From an uncultured virus (IMG/VR IMGVR_UViG_3300044701_004307) (lineage: Duplodnaviria > Heunggongvirae > Uroviricota > Caudoviricetes), in the IMG/VR virus record IMGVR_UViG_3300044701_004307: a stretch of DNA of 20,000 nt; one strand, written 5' to 3'. Below, piece by piece: positions 8,498 to 17,485 of the stretch (position 1 is its first letter; each line of letters begins with the position of its first letter). The notes beneath the pieces are model-generated. The model saw only the letters and a list, made by a program, of their open reading frames with translations. It did not search any database and had not been told where the DNA came from. The position numbers and the translations under genes are program-made.

Positions 8498-11400
8498 TTA
8501 ACGCAGAGTGTTCAGGGTATGCAGGTAATTATTGGTAGAGCCACCATTCTTAACGCTTACATTAACGTTCCAATCCTTGCGCGACAATTCTCTTACTGAG
8601 CGCGAAAGTTTGCCGATGGCTACTGCCTGTTGCGCTTGCGTAGCAGTGATATTACTGGCCTGATCCGAGGTCATGCCATTTGTCGGATACTTCAGGGCCG
8701 ACAGGACTGCGCCAAGCGGAGATGATGCGCGAGAAATGCGTCCAACATTTGCCGAAGGACCGCTATTCAGGTTGATACCACCACTCGGAATATTGAGCAA
8801 TCTAGTGAGATGAGCCGGAATCACAGTACCGGAAGTCGGAGCGCGCCATGACCCCCATGACGGTGCGTTGATCATGCTGAGACGACCAGCGGCGCTCAGG
8901 AAGGCCTCTTTGCCAAATTCGTTCACCGTATACGAAGAGCCGGCAGAAACCGGGCCGCCAGTCGCCAAGCCTACCGGCTTCAATTTCGCGTATTCAGCAA
9001 CCATCTTTCGAACAATTGAAAGCTGGTTATTCAAGGATGTCTCCGCTGCAGCATTGGCGTCACCCATGACTTTCGCAGCCTCTTCTTTTACTTTTTTAAT
9101 GTTTTCCTCGATTCCCTTGATCTGTTCCGCAGCCTTTGCCCTTATTTCTTGTTCCTTTTTATCCTGAGCAGCCATATCGTCTTTAAATTTCTTCTCAAGG
9201 TCTTTTTCCTGCTTCTGGAACTCAGCTTCTTTTTTGGCTTGAGCATCACGTTCTTTTGCTGCTTCCTTATCCAGTTTGGCTTGTTCTGCTTTTATTTTTG
9301 CTTGCGCAGCCGCAGCCTGCCTATCTACCTCTGCCGCTTTTTCCTTAGCTTGCATTTCTATCTGTTGCTGCTCTTCGGCCGCCGCTTTCTCTTTTGCCGC
9401 GCGCTGCGCCTCAAGGTCGGCGAGTTTTTTGGCATGAGCTTCTTCCGCCTGTTGGCGCTGTTGCTGTGCCCGCTCTGCAATTTTTCGCTTCTCCTCCTCT
9501 GCGGCTTTCTGCTCTTCTGCCGCTTGCTTTTCTAGCCGCGCACGCTCTTCTAATTTCATCGCCCCCGCAGTATCGCCTGACTTCCTGAGAGCGGCAATTT
9601 CTGCTTGTATCTGTTTCTCTCGTTCTAATGCGTCAAGCTCAGCAAGCTTTGCAGTAGCGCTACCTGGACCCGAAGCCCTTTGTTCAACTGCCCTGATCGC
9701 TGCCGCTTCTTGCGCATCGATGTTCGACATCCTCCTGGAATGAGCCGCCGACTCTTTCGCCATGGCCTTATCGATGGCTGCCAACTCGCTCGCGAGGCGA
9801 CTGGCAACAGCCTGCTTTGCGGATTCGGCATTAGCTTGAATCTGCGCTTTTTGTGCTGAAGCTCTGGCGCTGACTTGCTCAGAGGCTGCAGACAGAGCAG
9901 CTTTTTCAGATTCAATATTGGCCAATCTTTGATTCGATTCCTGCTTCGATGCCTCTCGATTGGCAGCAATTGATTGCTTCGCCATATCGTAAAGCTCTTG
10001 CAATTTTTGCTTTGCTACTTCAATCTGAGAGACATCAACTTCAACCTGAGCTTTTATCTCTTCAATTTGAGTCTTGCCAAGCTGTTCTGCTTGATTTATT
10101 GCCTTCTCAATTGCACTTTTGAGGAGGTCTAACCCCTGTATCGAAGAGTCGAGCACACCTTGGTCTATTCCTACTGCTATCGCTTTTGAATTGAGCTCAT
10201 CCCTGACTCCGATAAGTTGCTCTATTTTCCTCTGCAAGGCATCCAGCGCAGCCTGCTCTTCATCGCTAACTTTCGCGCCTGCGGCCTGCTTCTTTTGTGC
10301 ATATGCAGCCTTGGCTGCTGCAATTTCGGCTTCCTGTGCCTTGATCATTTCCTTGATCCCAGCAACCGCCTTGATATTCGATGTGTTGAATTCACCCAAG
10401 CCGGCATTGTATTGACTCAAGACTTGATCGGCTTGCGCCATCCTCTGTGGCGTATTTTCAAGCACTTTATTGAGCGCCATTATGTCATTGGCCACTCCGC
10501 CGATCATGCCCATGTTAGTATCAAACATGGTAGACCAGACGCCGCTAGTCCTCTCGGAACTTTGTCCAAGGGCGTCGACTTCCTCCCTGAATTGCTCGAC
10601 CCCACTTTTGACTTGACCCATTGCTCCAACGGCGCCATTAGCCGCTGGGCCATAGTTGTTTACTGCATCATTGAATGCTCTCTGTGCTGTCTCAGCAGCT
10701 TTAATTATTGGCGTTTGTTTGGCAGTCGCCGCCGACATGAAGTCCATCGCCCCGCCAAGCATTTGCAGGATCCTGATGACCGCTTCAAACTTGAGCATTG
10801 CCATGGCCATCGCGCGGAGCCCAACGGTTAGCTGCGCGGCACCTTGTGCTGCCTGCCGGAATCCATTCGCGGCGCCAGCTCCTGCAGCACCAGCAGCCTT
10901 CGAAGCTTTTTCGCTTTGTATCATTGCGTCCGCAAGCTGATTGACCTGGTCAGGCTTGATACCTGCCAGGCTACCCCTGAGCTGGGCTGTCTTATCTTTT
11001 ACCGACAAACTTGCATCGCCAGCTATTTGCAGCGATTTAGCAAAAGAGGTCGTACCACCAGCAGCCGCTTGCAGAGGTGGGAGGTAACTGGCGATTCCCG
11101 TGGCTGCTGCAGCGGTAGCGGTCTGCTGCTGGGCGATCGCCGCACTCGTCCCCTGCAATGAAGTGCCAAGGCTGGTAACTGTCGCACGACCCGCCGCTGC
11201 AGCATCAGCATAAGTCTTTACTCCGGCAGCAGCAGCAGCAGAGCCAGCGCCGACTGAAGCCTGCGTGGCCTTCAATGCGTCAAGTGAAGCTTTGTATTGA
11301 TTTACCTGCGCGGTCGCACTCGTCGCCGTAGTTCCGACACCGCCAATCGATGCGGCTGCTCCGGAGGCCGTAGTCGCTATCGAGCCCATTGGAGCACTGA

Positions 11401-13045
11401 TTGCAGCAGCACTTTGCTGGGCCGCGTTCATCTGAGTGACAAAGGTGCCTATCGCTGTCGTAAGTGCTGGAATTACACTCACAACATTCATGAAGGCTTG
11501 TTTGACCGCACCAAGACCACCAATCGCCTTCTGCAGCGAAGTGAACAGGTAGACAGTCAGAAGACTCGATACGGCTTGGATTACAGCGGGGAACTGCGTC
11601 AAAAAGTTAAACAGATCCAGGAATGGCTTAAGTAGCGCCAGTACTCCCTGGCCAGCATTTAGCATGTTGAGCGCAACCTGGCCAATTATCTCGACTATTG
11701 CGCCAAGAGAATCGCCAAGGCTGACGATGACACTGCTTTGAGAGAATGCATTGAAGAAATCAATAACTCCAGCTTGGGCCTTGAGTACAGACTCGAGGAA
11801 AGGCTTCAGTGACTGACCAAGTTGCTCAAAGCTCAGCGTCTCCAGCGTCTTGAACTTATTGGTTACCTGGGTAATCGTAACATCGCCCTCTTTAAAAGCA
11901 TTGGCGGCATCGAGTGCACTCGTTCCAAGCTTCTTGAAGGCAGCGGAGGTGACCGCCATCTTCGGCAGCAATTCAATCAGTTTCTGGCTCGTGAGGTCAC
12001 CGTTCTTTACCAGGACCTCCAGGGCTGCGACCGACACGCCAATCGCACCCGCTAAATCAGTCTTAAAAGCAGGGTCAAATTCGGAGATTTGCTGGGTTAG
12101 CTCCTCAGACATCAGCTTGCCCTTTGCGAAGGCTTGCGTGACGCCGTTCATGATTCTTTTCGACTCTTCGGCGGTCCTGCCGAAGGCGGCAAAGCGAGTC
12201 GACAATGCCTCGACAATATTCGAAACGTCTTCTATGTCACCGCCACTCTGCAAAACGACAGGCGATAGTTGCTTGAAGCCATTTCTGACTGCACCCAGGT
12301 CTACGCCAAGCCGCAGAGCAATATTAGAAGCCTCCGTAAAGGCCGTCATGCCGCCGCTGGCTCCTTCTCCAATTGCCTCGAAGGACATTTGGAATGACTG
12401 GATCTCAGCGAAAGAGTTAATTAGCGCATTGACAGAACTGGTTACCTGTCCAATGACGATTGAGATACTTTGAAATGTATCTACTAATTGACTAATTCCG
12501 TTTGCCGCACTGATAATTCCACCAAAGCCAAGATCAGCCTTTGCTTTTTGCCAAAAGTTAGACGAACTCGCAACCGCAAGTTCCCTGGAAAGACTTTGAA
12601 CTTTTTTATTTTGCTCGTCCCAAATTGGATTGACGATCGCAACCTTGCGACCAAACATGTCAACTTCTGGAATGATTCGCGTAATTGCATTTCTTAGCTG
12701 AGTAGCCTCCGCAAGCTGACCCTTCAGTGATGCAACGCTTCCAGCCTGGGCCTTGGTTTCCTGTCTGATTTTTTGTTCAATATCATCCCAACCCTTCAGG
12801 AGATCTCTTTGAACAACCTGAGCTTCCTTTAGGCCAGCGCTATTTGTTTTGAAGTTTAATTGATATTCAGTTTCTACCTTGCCTGAATATCCCCTGAGTT
12901 GAGCGATTGCGCTTTTTGCGCTGTTTGCGACTTCCTCGTTCGCACTTAATGCAGCCCTGAGAAGATTGTTAATGTCCGCCGTGGCTTGGTCGGCGTTCGT
13001 TTGCGCGTTAAACTCAATATCAAACTTAAGCGCGCCGCCAGCCAT
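8498..13045 (-). CDS. Tail tape measure protein
   Basis: 1515 aa; tape-measure N-terminal motif GVTQAFAKGKLMSEELTQQISE; long Ala/Gln/Lys/Glu coiled coils; C-terminal LATGGPVSAGSSYTVNEFGKEAF motif. Confidence 0.95.
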   Translation of the reverse strand: MAGGALKFDIEFNAQTNADQATADINNLLRAALSANEEVANSAKSAIAQLRGYSGKVETEYQLNFKTNSAGLKEAQVVQRDLLKGWDDIEQKIRQETKAQAGSVASLKGQLAEATQLRNAITRIIPEVDMFGRKVAIVNPIWDEQNKKVQSLSRELAVASSSNFWQKAKADLGFGGIISAANGISQLVDTFQSISIVIGQVTSSVNALINSFAEIQSFQMSFEAIGEGASGGMTAFTEASNIALRLGVDLGAVRNGFKQLSPVVLQSGGDIEDVSNIVEALSTRFAAFGRTAEESKRIMNGVTQAFAKGKLMSEELTQQISEFDPAFKTDLAGAIGVSVAALEVLVKNGDLTSQKLIELLPKMAVTSAAFKKLGTSALDAANAFKEGDVTITQVTNKFKTLETLSFEQLGQSLKPFLESVLKAQAGVIDFFNAFSQSSVIVSLGDSLGAIVEIIGQVALNMLNAGQGVLALLKPFLDLFNFLTQFPAVIQAVSSLLTVYLFTSLQKAIGGLGAVKQAFMNVVSVIPALTTAIGTFVTQMNAAQQSAAAISAPMGSIATTASGAAASIGGVGTTATSATAQVNQYKASLDALKATQASVGAGSAAAAAGVKTYADAAAAGRATVTSLGTSLQGTSAAIAQQQTATAAAATGIASYLPPLQAAAGGTTSFAKSLQIAGDASLSVKDKTAQLRGSLAGIKPDQVNQLADAMIQSEKASKAAGAAGAGAANGFRQAAQGAAQLTVGLRAMAMAMLKFEAVIRILQMLGGAMDFMSAATAKQTPIIKAAETAQRAFNDAVNNYGPAANGAVGAMGQVKSGVEQFREEVDALGQSSERTSGVWSTMFDTNMGMIGGVANDIMALNKVLENTPQRMAQADQVLSQYNAGLGEFNTSNIKAVAGIKEMIKAQEAEIAAAKAAYAQKKQAAGAKVSDEEQAALDALQRKIEQLIGVRDELNSKAIAVGIDQGVLDSSIQGLDLLKSAIEKAINQAEQLGKTQIEEIKAQVEVDVSQIEVAKQKLQELYDMAKQSIAANREASKQESNQRLANIESEKAALSAASEQVSARASAQKAQIQANAESAKQAVASRLASELAAIDKAMAKESAAHSRRMSNIDAQEAAAIRAVEQRASGPGSATAKLAELDALEREKQIQAEIAALRKSGDTAGAMKLEERARLEKQAAEEQKAAEEEKRKIAERAQQQRQQAEEAHAKKLADLEAQRAAKEKAAAEEQQQIEMQAKEKAAEVDRQAAAAQAKIKAEQAKLDKEAAKERDAQAKKEAEFQKQEKDLEKKFKDDMAAQDKKEQEIRAKAAEQIKGIEENIKKVKEEAAKVMGDANAAAETSLNNQLSIVRKMVAEYAKLKPVGLATGGPVSAGSSYTVNEFGKEAFLSAAGRLSMINAPSWGSWRAPTSGTVIPAHLTRLLNIPSGGINLNSGPSANVGRISRASSPLGAVLSALKYPTNGMTSDQASNITATQAQQAVAIGKLSRSVRELSRKDWNVNVSVKNGGSTNNYLHTLNTLR

Positions 13046-13068
13046 TAATAAATCCAGACATCAGCCTT

Positions 13069-13078
13069 CTAGGATTCC
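13069..13078 (-). promoter_or_regulatory. Putative late promoter motif GGAATCCTAG
   Basis: 23 nt upstream of the tape-measure ATG and directly downstream of a terminator. Confidence 0.7.
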
Positions 13079-13091
13079 GCCATTGAACAAT

Positions 13092-13117
13092 AAAAAAACC
13101 CCGCTTTTGGCGGGGTT
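13092..13117 (-). terminator. Rho-independent terminator after the major tail gene
   Basis: Minus strand AACCCCGC-CAAAA-GCGGGGTT followed by a T-tract. Confidence 0.9.
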
Positions 13118-13139
13118 GATTATTGTTTGACTGGTATTA

Positions 13140-13988
13140 TCAGGCAGAAGCGTCTACATCAAGGCGATAAGGCCCATACCCCTGGAGGGTCGCTTCCCAA
13201 CTGACGATCGACCCAGCCTCGATCGACTCAGTGTATCCAGCAAGCATACCATAGCCATACACGGTTTCGTCGGTGCCGGTCGGGCCCACACGGACGAACT
13301 TCACGCGAAGAGCGTCAGCCACCGTGTTCTGCTCAGCAAGACGCAGAATCTGATAGCCGGCATCCTTGAAGTCAGCAACGCCACCCAGGCTCACGCTCCA
13401 GGACTTCGAGGTCGGGATCGAGATGTTGAAGCCCTTGGTCTCGTCGTCGTAGGTCAGAACGTCTTCCGTGTTCGTTTCCGTTTCCAGGGAAGCGTTGGTC
13501 AGGCCGTACAGACGGGCAGGCTTGTCGGTGCCGTCCATGCCGTAGGTCACACCCTCGACGGTAAAAATCCCGTTCGAGTAGGAGACCGTGTCGTTGGGGG
13601 CCACAATCGAAGCGGTCGAGATGAAGCCGCCAGCAGAGCCACGCTCGATCGATGCAGTACCAGTGTCAGAACCGGAAGTGATATCCGTACCGGTCTTCAC
13701 ATAGGTGAAGCTGGTGGCGGTGGGTACGTCGACGATTGTGAAGGTGCCATTGATACCCGTGTTCGTTGTTGCGTTCACAACAACCAGATCGCCAACAATA
13801 AAGGTGTGCGAAGTGCTGGTGGTGACGGTCACCACGTTATCAACGCGGGCAACATTGTTGATGCTCTTGCTGACAGGGCTCGAAGCGGAAATACCTTGAG
13901 TAACGCCAGTGAACTCAAAGTCCACGCTGGCATTCAGCAGGGGCACAATGTAAACATTGTAGCCAAACGCAGCAGAGTAAGAAGCCAT
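13140..13988 (-). CDS. Major tail (tube) protein with inserted beta domain
   Basis: 282 aa; LTNASLETETNTEDVLTYD...KSWSVSLGG...YGYGMLAGYTESIEAGSIVSWEATLQGYG is a tail-tube pattern; located before the tape measure and followed by its own terminator. Confidence 0.85.
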   Translation of the reverse strand: MASYSAAFGYNVYIVPLLNASVDFEFTGVTQGISASSPVSKSINNVARVDNVVTVTTSTSHTFIVGDLVVVNATTNTGINGTFTIVDVPTATSFTYVKTGTDITSGSDTGTASIERGSAGGFISTASIVAPNDTVSYSNGIFTVEGVTYGMDGTDKPARLYGLTNASLETETNTEDVLTYDDETKGFNISIPTSKSWSVSLGGVADFKDAGYQILRLAEQNTVADALRVKFVRVGPTGTDETVYGYGMLAGYTESIEAGSIVSWEATLQGYGPYRLDVDASA

Positions 13989-14052
13989 TACAGTAAATCA
14001 GGTAGGGTTTTGCGAGACGCAAAATGGGAAGCAGGCACCTACCTGCTATATC

Positions 14053-14062
14053 TTAGGCTGCC
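14053..14062 (-). promoter_or_regulatory. Putative late promoter motif GGCAGCCTAA
   Basis: Intergenic, 64 nt upstream of the major tail ATG; followed by a leader hairpin at 14031-14046. Confidence 0.65.
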
Positions 14063-14065
14063 AAA

Positions 14066-14500
14066 TTACCCTACTTTTAGACCATCACTCGGAATTGTTA
14101 TCTGTGTTTGAGCTAATGCTCCCATTCCATTATCTATCATAATCGTCTCATTTGCAATCGCCATTGGATATAAATCCAAAACTCGCATGGTCGCCTGCAT
14201 TAATTCACTTCCGCTCGCCGGAGGCCATACAATTAGAAAAATTTTCCAAGGAATTTCATAACCTAGGTCTCCAGTTAAGTATTTCTTTCTTTTTACTGCT
14301 GTTGAATCATGGATTATGCATTCCAGACCACTTGTGACCTCCGCTCCCGGTAAGTCCTGGTTTGGTGTTACAATTGAAATAGCAGAAATAGGATTTGCGC
14401 CATTACGAAATTTATAAGTTCCAATATTTTCCATGAAAGCAATATCGTCAGATAGTGCTTCGTAAATGCTTTCAGGTGTTGTTGGAAAGTTTTGCGGCAT
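14066..14500 (-). CDS. Probable tail terminator protein
   Basis: About 144 aa directly upstream of the major tail gene. ATG 14500 (MPQNFPTT) is preferred over GTG 14512 because it lies 25 nt from the late motif. Confidence 0.6.
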   Translation of the reverse strand: MPQNFPTTPESIYEALSDDIAFMENIGTYKFRNGANPISAISIVTPNQDLPGAEVTSGLECIIHDSTAVKRKKYLTGDLGYEIPWKIFLIVWPPASGSELMQATMRVLDLYPMAIANETIMIDNGMGALAQTQITIPSDGLKVG

Positions 14501-14525
14501 GCGCAGAAACACCGTTGCAGTATCT

Positions 14526-14535
14526 TTAGTTTGCC
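14526..14535 (-). promoter_or_regulatory. Putative late promoter motif GGCAAACTAA
   Basis: 25 nt upstream of ATG 14500; identical to the copy at 1536. Confidence 0.7.
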
Positions 14536-14557
14536 ATCCGTGAAGCCATGCCAGATG

Positions 14558-14567
14558 GGCAATCTAG
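14558..14567 (+). promoter_or_regulatory. Putative late promoter motif GGCAATCTAG (plus strand)
   Basis: Back-to-back with the 14526 copy and oriented toward the plus-strand HNH gene. Confidence 0.65.
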
Positions 14568-14650
14568 TCAGACGCTGATGCTATCGCCATGGTTTTCTCC
14601 ATTGAAATGCGAACAGTAGCCAACAACGTCAAAGACTGAAAATTGTTGGA

Positions 14651-15058
14651 ATGTCGATCGCAAACGCAGCCATCGATGAATGGCCGCTGCCTCAACGCAT
14701 CTCTGACTATTTATTCAGCATGGAATGCCTAAGAAAGCGCGATGCAAAGCGTATGTGGCGTAAGGCAATTAAAGATGCCTGGAATAATTGCTGCGCCTAC
14801 TGCGGCAATCCGCCCATTGATGACTCCAGCCTAACCATTGACCACGTAAGGCCTCGCAGCAGAGGTGGAGAAGACCTGGCGCGTAATTGCGCCCCTTGCT
14901 GTCTGGGCTGCAACCAATCCAAAGCATCTAATGATTGGCTGGAATGGTACAGGGATCAATCTTTTTATACCCCAGAACGTGAAGCTCGTATCAGAAACTG
15001 GATGGAATCTGGCATGATGCAATTACTGGCAGAATTGCGTGATTCGGAAGTTGATTAG
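14651..15058 (+). CDS. HNH endonuclease (zinc-binding, McrA/gp74-like)
   Basis: CAYCG...LTIDHVRPRSRGGEDLARNCAPCCLGCNQSK; its stop codon overlaps the stop of the convergent gene. Confidence 0.93.
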   Translation: MSIANAAIDEWPLPQRISDYLFSMECLRKRDAKRMWRKAIKDAWNNCCAYCGNPPIDDSSLTIDHVRPRSRGGEDLARNCAPCCLGCNQSKASNDWLEWYRDQSFYTPEREARIRNWMESGMMQLLAELRDSEVD

Positions 15059-15683
15059 CCATATATCTTTAACATAATATCTTCTTCAGCGAAGAAGGCA
15101 CTGCCCACCTTGGGCATCATGACCCTGACCAGTTCACCATCCGGATCTTGCATCGTTAATGTTTTTTCGCTGCAGACATGCTGGGCGATCAGCATTCCAT
15201 GAACCATGCCGTCAGAGAATGATGGTCCAAGGATGATTGCATCCCGGTGAATGAGATACAATGGCTCGGGTGGCATAGCGTCTTTTGCTGTTACCTTCAG
15301 GTCCTTGTACACGAAAAGAGCCCAGGGTGGTAGCGTGCCAAGACGCATCATTTCCATCGCCGCTGCGCCGTACCGAGCACCAGGATACTTCCCTTGCTCG
15401 ACGGTCTTGTACCAGTAGAAATCGTCCGGGCTGAATGGCTTGGGTTGCTTCTTGCTGTTGCGATTTGAATTCGCCAACAAGGAAGTCAAGGATGCAACCG
15501 GACGCTCCAGGTCATGCAATTCTCGCTGTTGCTGCTCCTGGCAGAACAGCATCGCATTCATCACGTAGGGATATGGCAGCAGCCAAAATCGATCAAACGT
15601 GAACTCCGGATCCCCAGGGAAGAACCTTTTCAGCTTCCAGTAGTAATCCTCAAATGGGATCAGGTCTGAGGTTCCGGTTTCTG
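15055..15683 (-). CDS. Tail assembly chaperone, frameshift-extended C-terminal part (lambda gpT analogue)
   Basis: The frame of ORF 15055..15564 stays open upstream to the slippery site (AETGTSDLIPFEDYYWKLKRFFPGDPEFTFDRFWLLPYPYVMNAML...) and is -1 relative to the upstream gene. Confidence 0.8.
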
Positions 15684-16229
15684 CTTTTTTTCAATTTCTT
15701 CAATCGAAGGAGTCGCCGTCAATGATGCGTCGAGCGCCTCGATTGACTTGTTCTCTTCATCCACGTAGAGCGCAGCAATGCCCTCCAGGAGGTCTGGATG
15801 CAGTGCCATTGTGTCCTGGATTGTCCAGTCCGCATCCACGCGATATACCATCAAACAAGTCGCCTGCAGGATGCTTTCCTTTGCCTGCGACGAGGTCAGC
15901 GCACGGAAAACATCTGACAATTCATCCGGAAAAGATTCTTCGATCTTCTCTACTTTAGGATCGTTCTCAGTGTTGCCCGAAATAGCCTTCGAAACCAGTT
16001 CGTATGCCTTGGACAGGTCCAGCTTGAACTTCGCTGCCGCCTTACGTGACAACGCAACCAGCTTGGAAGAAGTATCGTCCGCGTTACGGGCTTGAGCCAT
16101 AAATGCTCGCTCGCCACTCGTCAGGTAACCACGCCGTTCAATTTGAATCTTGCCAGACTCCTCAGAGCCAACCGTATCCAAGATCGGACTCAGGCGTGGC
16201 TGAACAACAAAAGGGAGTTTCGCTGTCAC
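15660..16229 (-). CDS. Tail assembly chaperone (lambda gpG analogue)
   Basis: 189-aa helical protein, GTG start, with GAA AAA AAG near its 3' end. Confidence 0.8.
   Translation of the reverse strand: MTAKLPFVVQPRLSPILDTVGSEESGKIQIERRGYLTSGERAFMAQARNADDTSSKLVALSRKAAAKFKLDLSKAYELVSKAISGNTENDPKVEKIEESFPDELSDVFRALTSSQAKESILQATCLMVYRVDADWTIQDTMALHPDLLEGIAALYVDEENKSIEALDASLTATPSIEEIEKKQKPEPQT
15684..15690 (-). other. Programmed -1 ribosomal frameshift slippery site A AAA AAG
   Basis: In-frame ATT GAA AAA AAG CAG; a -1 shift joins the downstream ORF, giving a 391-aa fusion. Confidence 0.85.
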
Positions 16230-16254
16230 GAATTATTCCGGTACAAATGGTGCA

Positions 16255-16264
16255 GTAGTATGCC
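16255..16264 (-). promoter_or_regulatory. Putative late promoter motif GGCATACTAC
   Basis: 25 nt upstream of GTG 16229. Confidence 0.65.
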
Positions 16265-16266
16265 AA

Positions 16267-16803
16267 CTACCTCGTTGAAAAGGCTTGGTTTAAGGCTTTT
16301 TGGTAAATGCTGTAATAATCAATCGCCTCAACAGGTCCACCGCCACCCATGACAGCATCAACCCAGGGTCTGCCTGGCAAGTAAACCGGCTTTGCACTCT
16401 TGTTACCGTATGGCTGAATGTAGCCACCGTAATGCATCAATGCGGCATAGGGCTCTCCGTACGTGATTTCAATGCTGGTTCCGCTGATCGTTACCTGCAT
16501 TGATCTCATCAATTCGCCAGTGTCCACAATGTCACGGTTGCCGCCACTGAATCCCCATGATCCCGACTGCATCGCAATTGGCAGCAGCCTGGTCGCCTCC
16601 AGCTTGACGTTTTGGAGTCCACTCTCAATCGCTCGCTTGACCTTGGGCTGCAGATTTAACTCGATATTGGCAGGGAAGCCTTGGCTCGTAAACCAAGCGC
16701 CAATTGGTACTGATGGAATCGGAATCGGTATTCGCTTTATGAAATCCTTCGGCGGCTCCGGAAGGTTGATTTTAGGACTCTTGATATCTACATATTTGCC
16801 CAT
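16267..16803 (-). CDS. HK97 gp10-like / virion morphogenesis (neck, tail completion) protein
   Basis: RDIVDTGELMRSM...YGEPYAALMHYGG...PGRPWV motifs. Confidence 0.85.
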   Translation of the reverse strand: MGKYVDIKSPKINLPEPPKDFIKRIPIPIPSVPIGAWFTSQGFPANIELNLQPKVKRAIESGLQNVKLEATRLLPIAMQSGSWGFSGGNRDIVDTGELMRSMQVTISGTSIEITYGEPYAALMHYGGYIQPYGNKSAKPVYLPGRPWVDAVMGGGGPVEAIDYYSIYQKALNQAFSTR

Positions 16804-16805
16804 CG

Positions 16806-17321
16806 TTATCCACCCACCTGTCCAACCATCATGGAAGTCGGAATCCCGCCAACTTGCTCGTAAATCAATTTGTCGATCGCTCCACCGCCACCATAGTCAC
16901 CTGACGCCGACTCCAACGTGAAGTGCTGAATCGGCATATTGCCGATCTTTACTCGGCCTTCGCGTCCCGTCGACAGCGCAATCGCCAAGGCATTCTGGGA
17001 ATTGAATGTTGACGTGATATTCGTCCAGGTACTCGGCAGGCTTCCATCCCATTGCCCACTGCCAGTCAGGTATCCATAAGCAAGCAGATACCCCTTGTAT
17101 CGTGTTCCCTGCCCATCAATGCCAGGCAATGGATTGGTTGTTTGTACAGTCCTTGCAATCGCTCCCCCGCCGCTACCAGCATCTGATTCCCTTTTCAGAA
17201 ATGCTTTGAAAACAATTAGCTGGCTCGAAATTGTGACCAGCCTTCCATTTACTTGCTCAACATTATTACTTGTGCCAATCGCTAAATAGGCATTGAAGTA
17301 TGGCAGCAAAGGGGAACTCAT
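16806..17321 (-). CDS. Probable head-closure / head-tail joining protein
   Basis: 171 aa between the adaptor-like and gp10-like genes; assignment is positional. Confidence 0.55.
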   Translation of the reverse strand: MSSPLLPYFNAYLAIGTSNNVEQVNGRLVTISSQLIVFKAFLKRESDAGSGGGAIARTVQTTNPLPGIDGQGTRYKGYLLAYGYLTGSGQWDGSLPSTWTNITSTFNSQNALAIALSTGREGRVKIGNMPIQHFTLESASGDYGGGGAIDKLIYEQVGGIPTSMMVGQVGG

Positions 17322-17485
17322 CTATTTGCCTCCCGGCAGTTGCGACATGAACTAATCCCGTCAGTCAAGTAAGGCAGATATACCTTGTTGACTGGCTGGT
17401 CAGTGTTGCAATTGCGGCACCTAACAATCGCAGTCTCTGACTGCAAAATCTCTGTAAAGAAGCCATCCTCCTGTTTCTCGTTCAT
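17318..17485 (-). CDS. 55-aa zinc-ribbon-like protein (CRNC-x20-CRNC)
   Basis: Manual translation MNEKQEDGFFTEILQSETAIVRCRNCNTDQPVNKVYLPYLTDGISSCRNCREANR; ATGA overlaps with both flanking genes; absent from the ORF track. Confidence 0.8.
   Translation of the reverse strand: MNEKQEDGFFTEILQSETAIVRCRNCNTDQPVNKVYLPYLTDGISSCRNCREANR

Noticed and set aside
11132..11139. HIP1 octamer GCGATCGC as cyanobacterial host evidence
   Set aside because: Single occurrence noticed, compatible with chance.
8868..12697. Long plus-strand ORFs within the tape-measure gene
   Set aside because: Antisense shadows of a biased coiled-coil gene; no motifs or expression signals.
17416..17424. GGCACCTAA as another late motif
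   Set aside because: One base short, and antisense inside the 55-aa gene.
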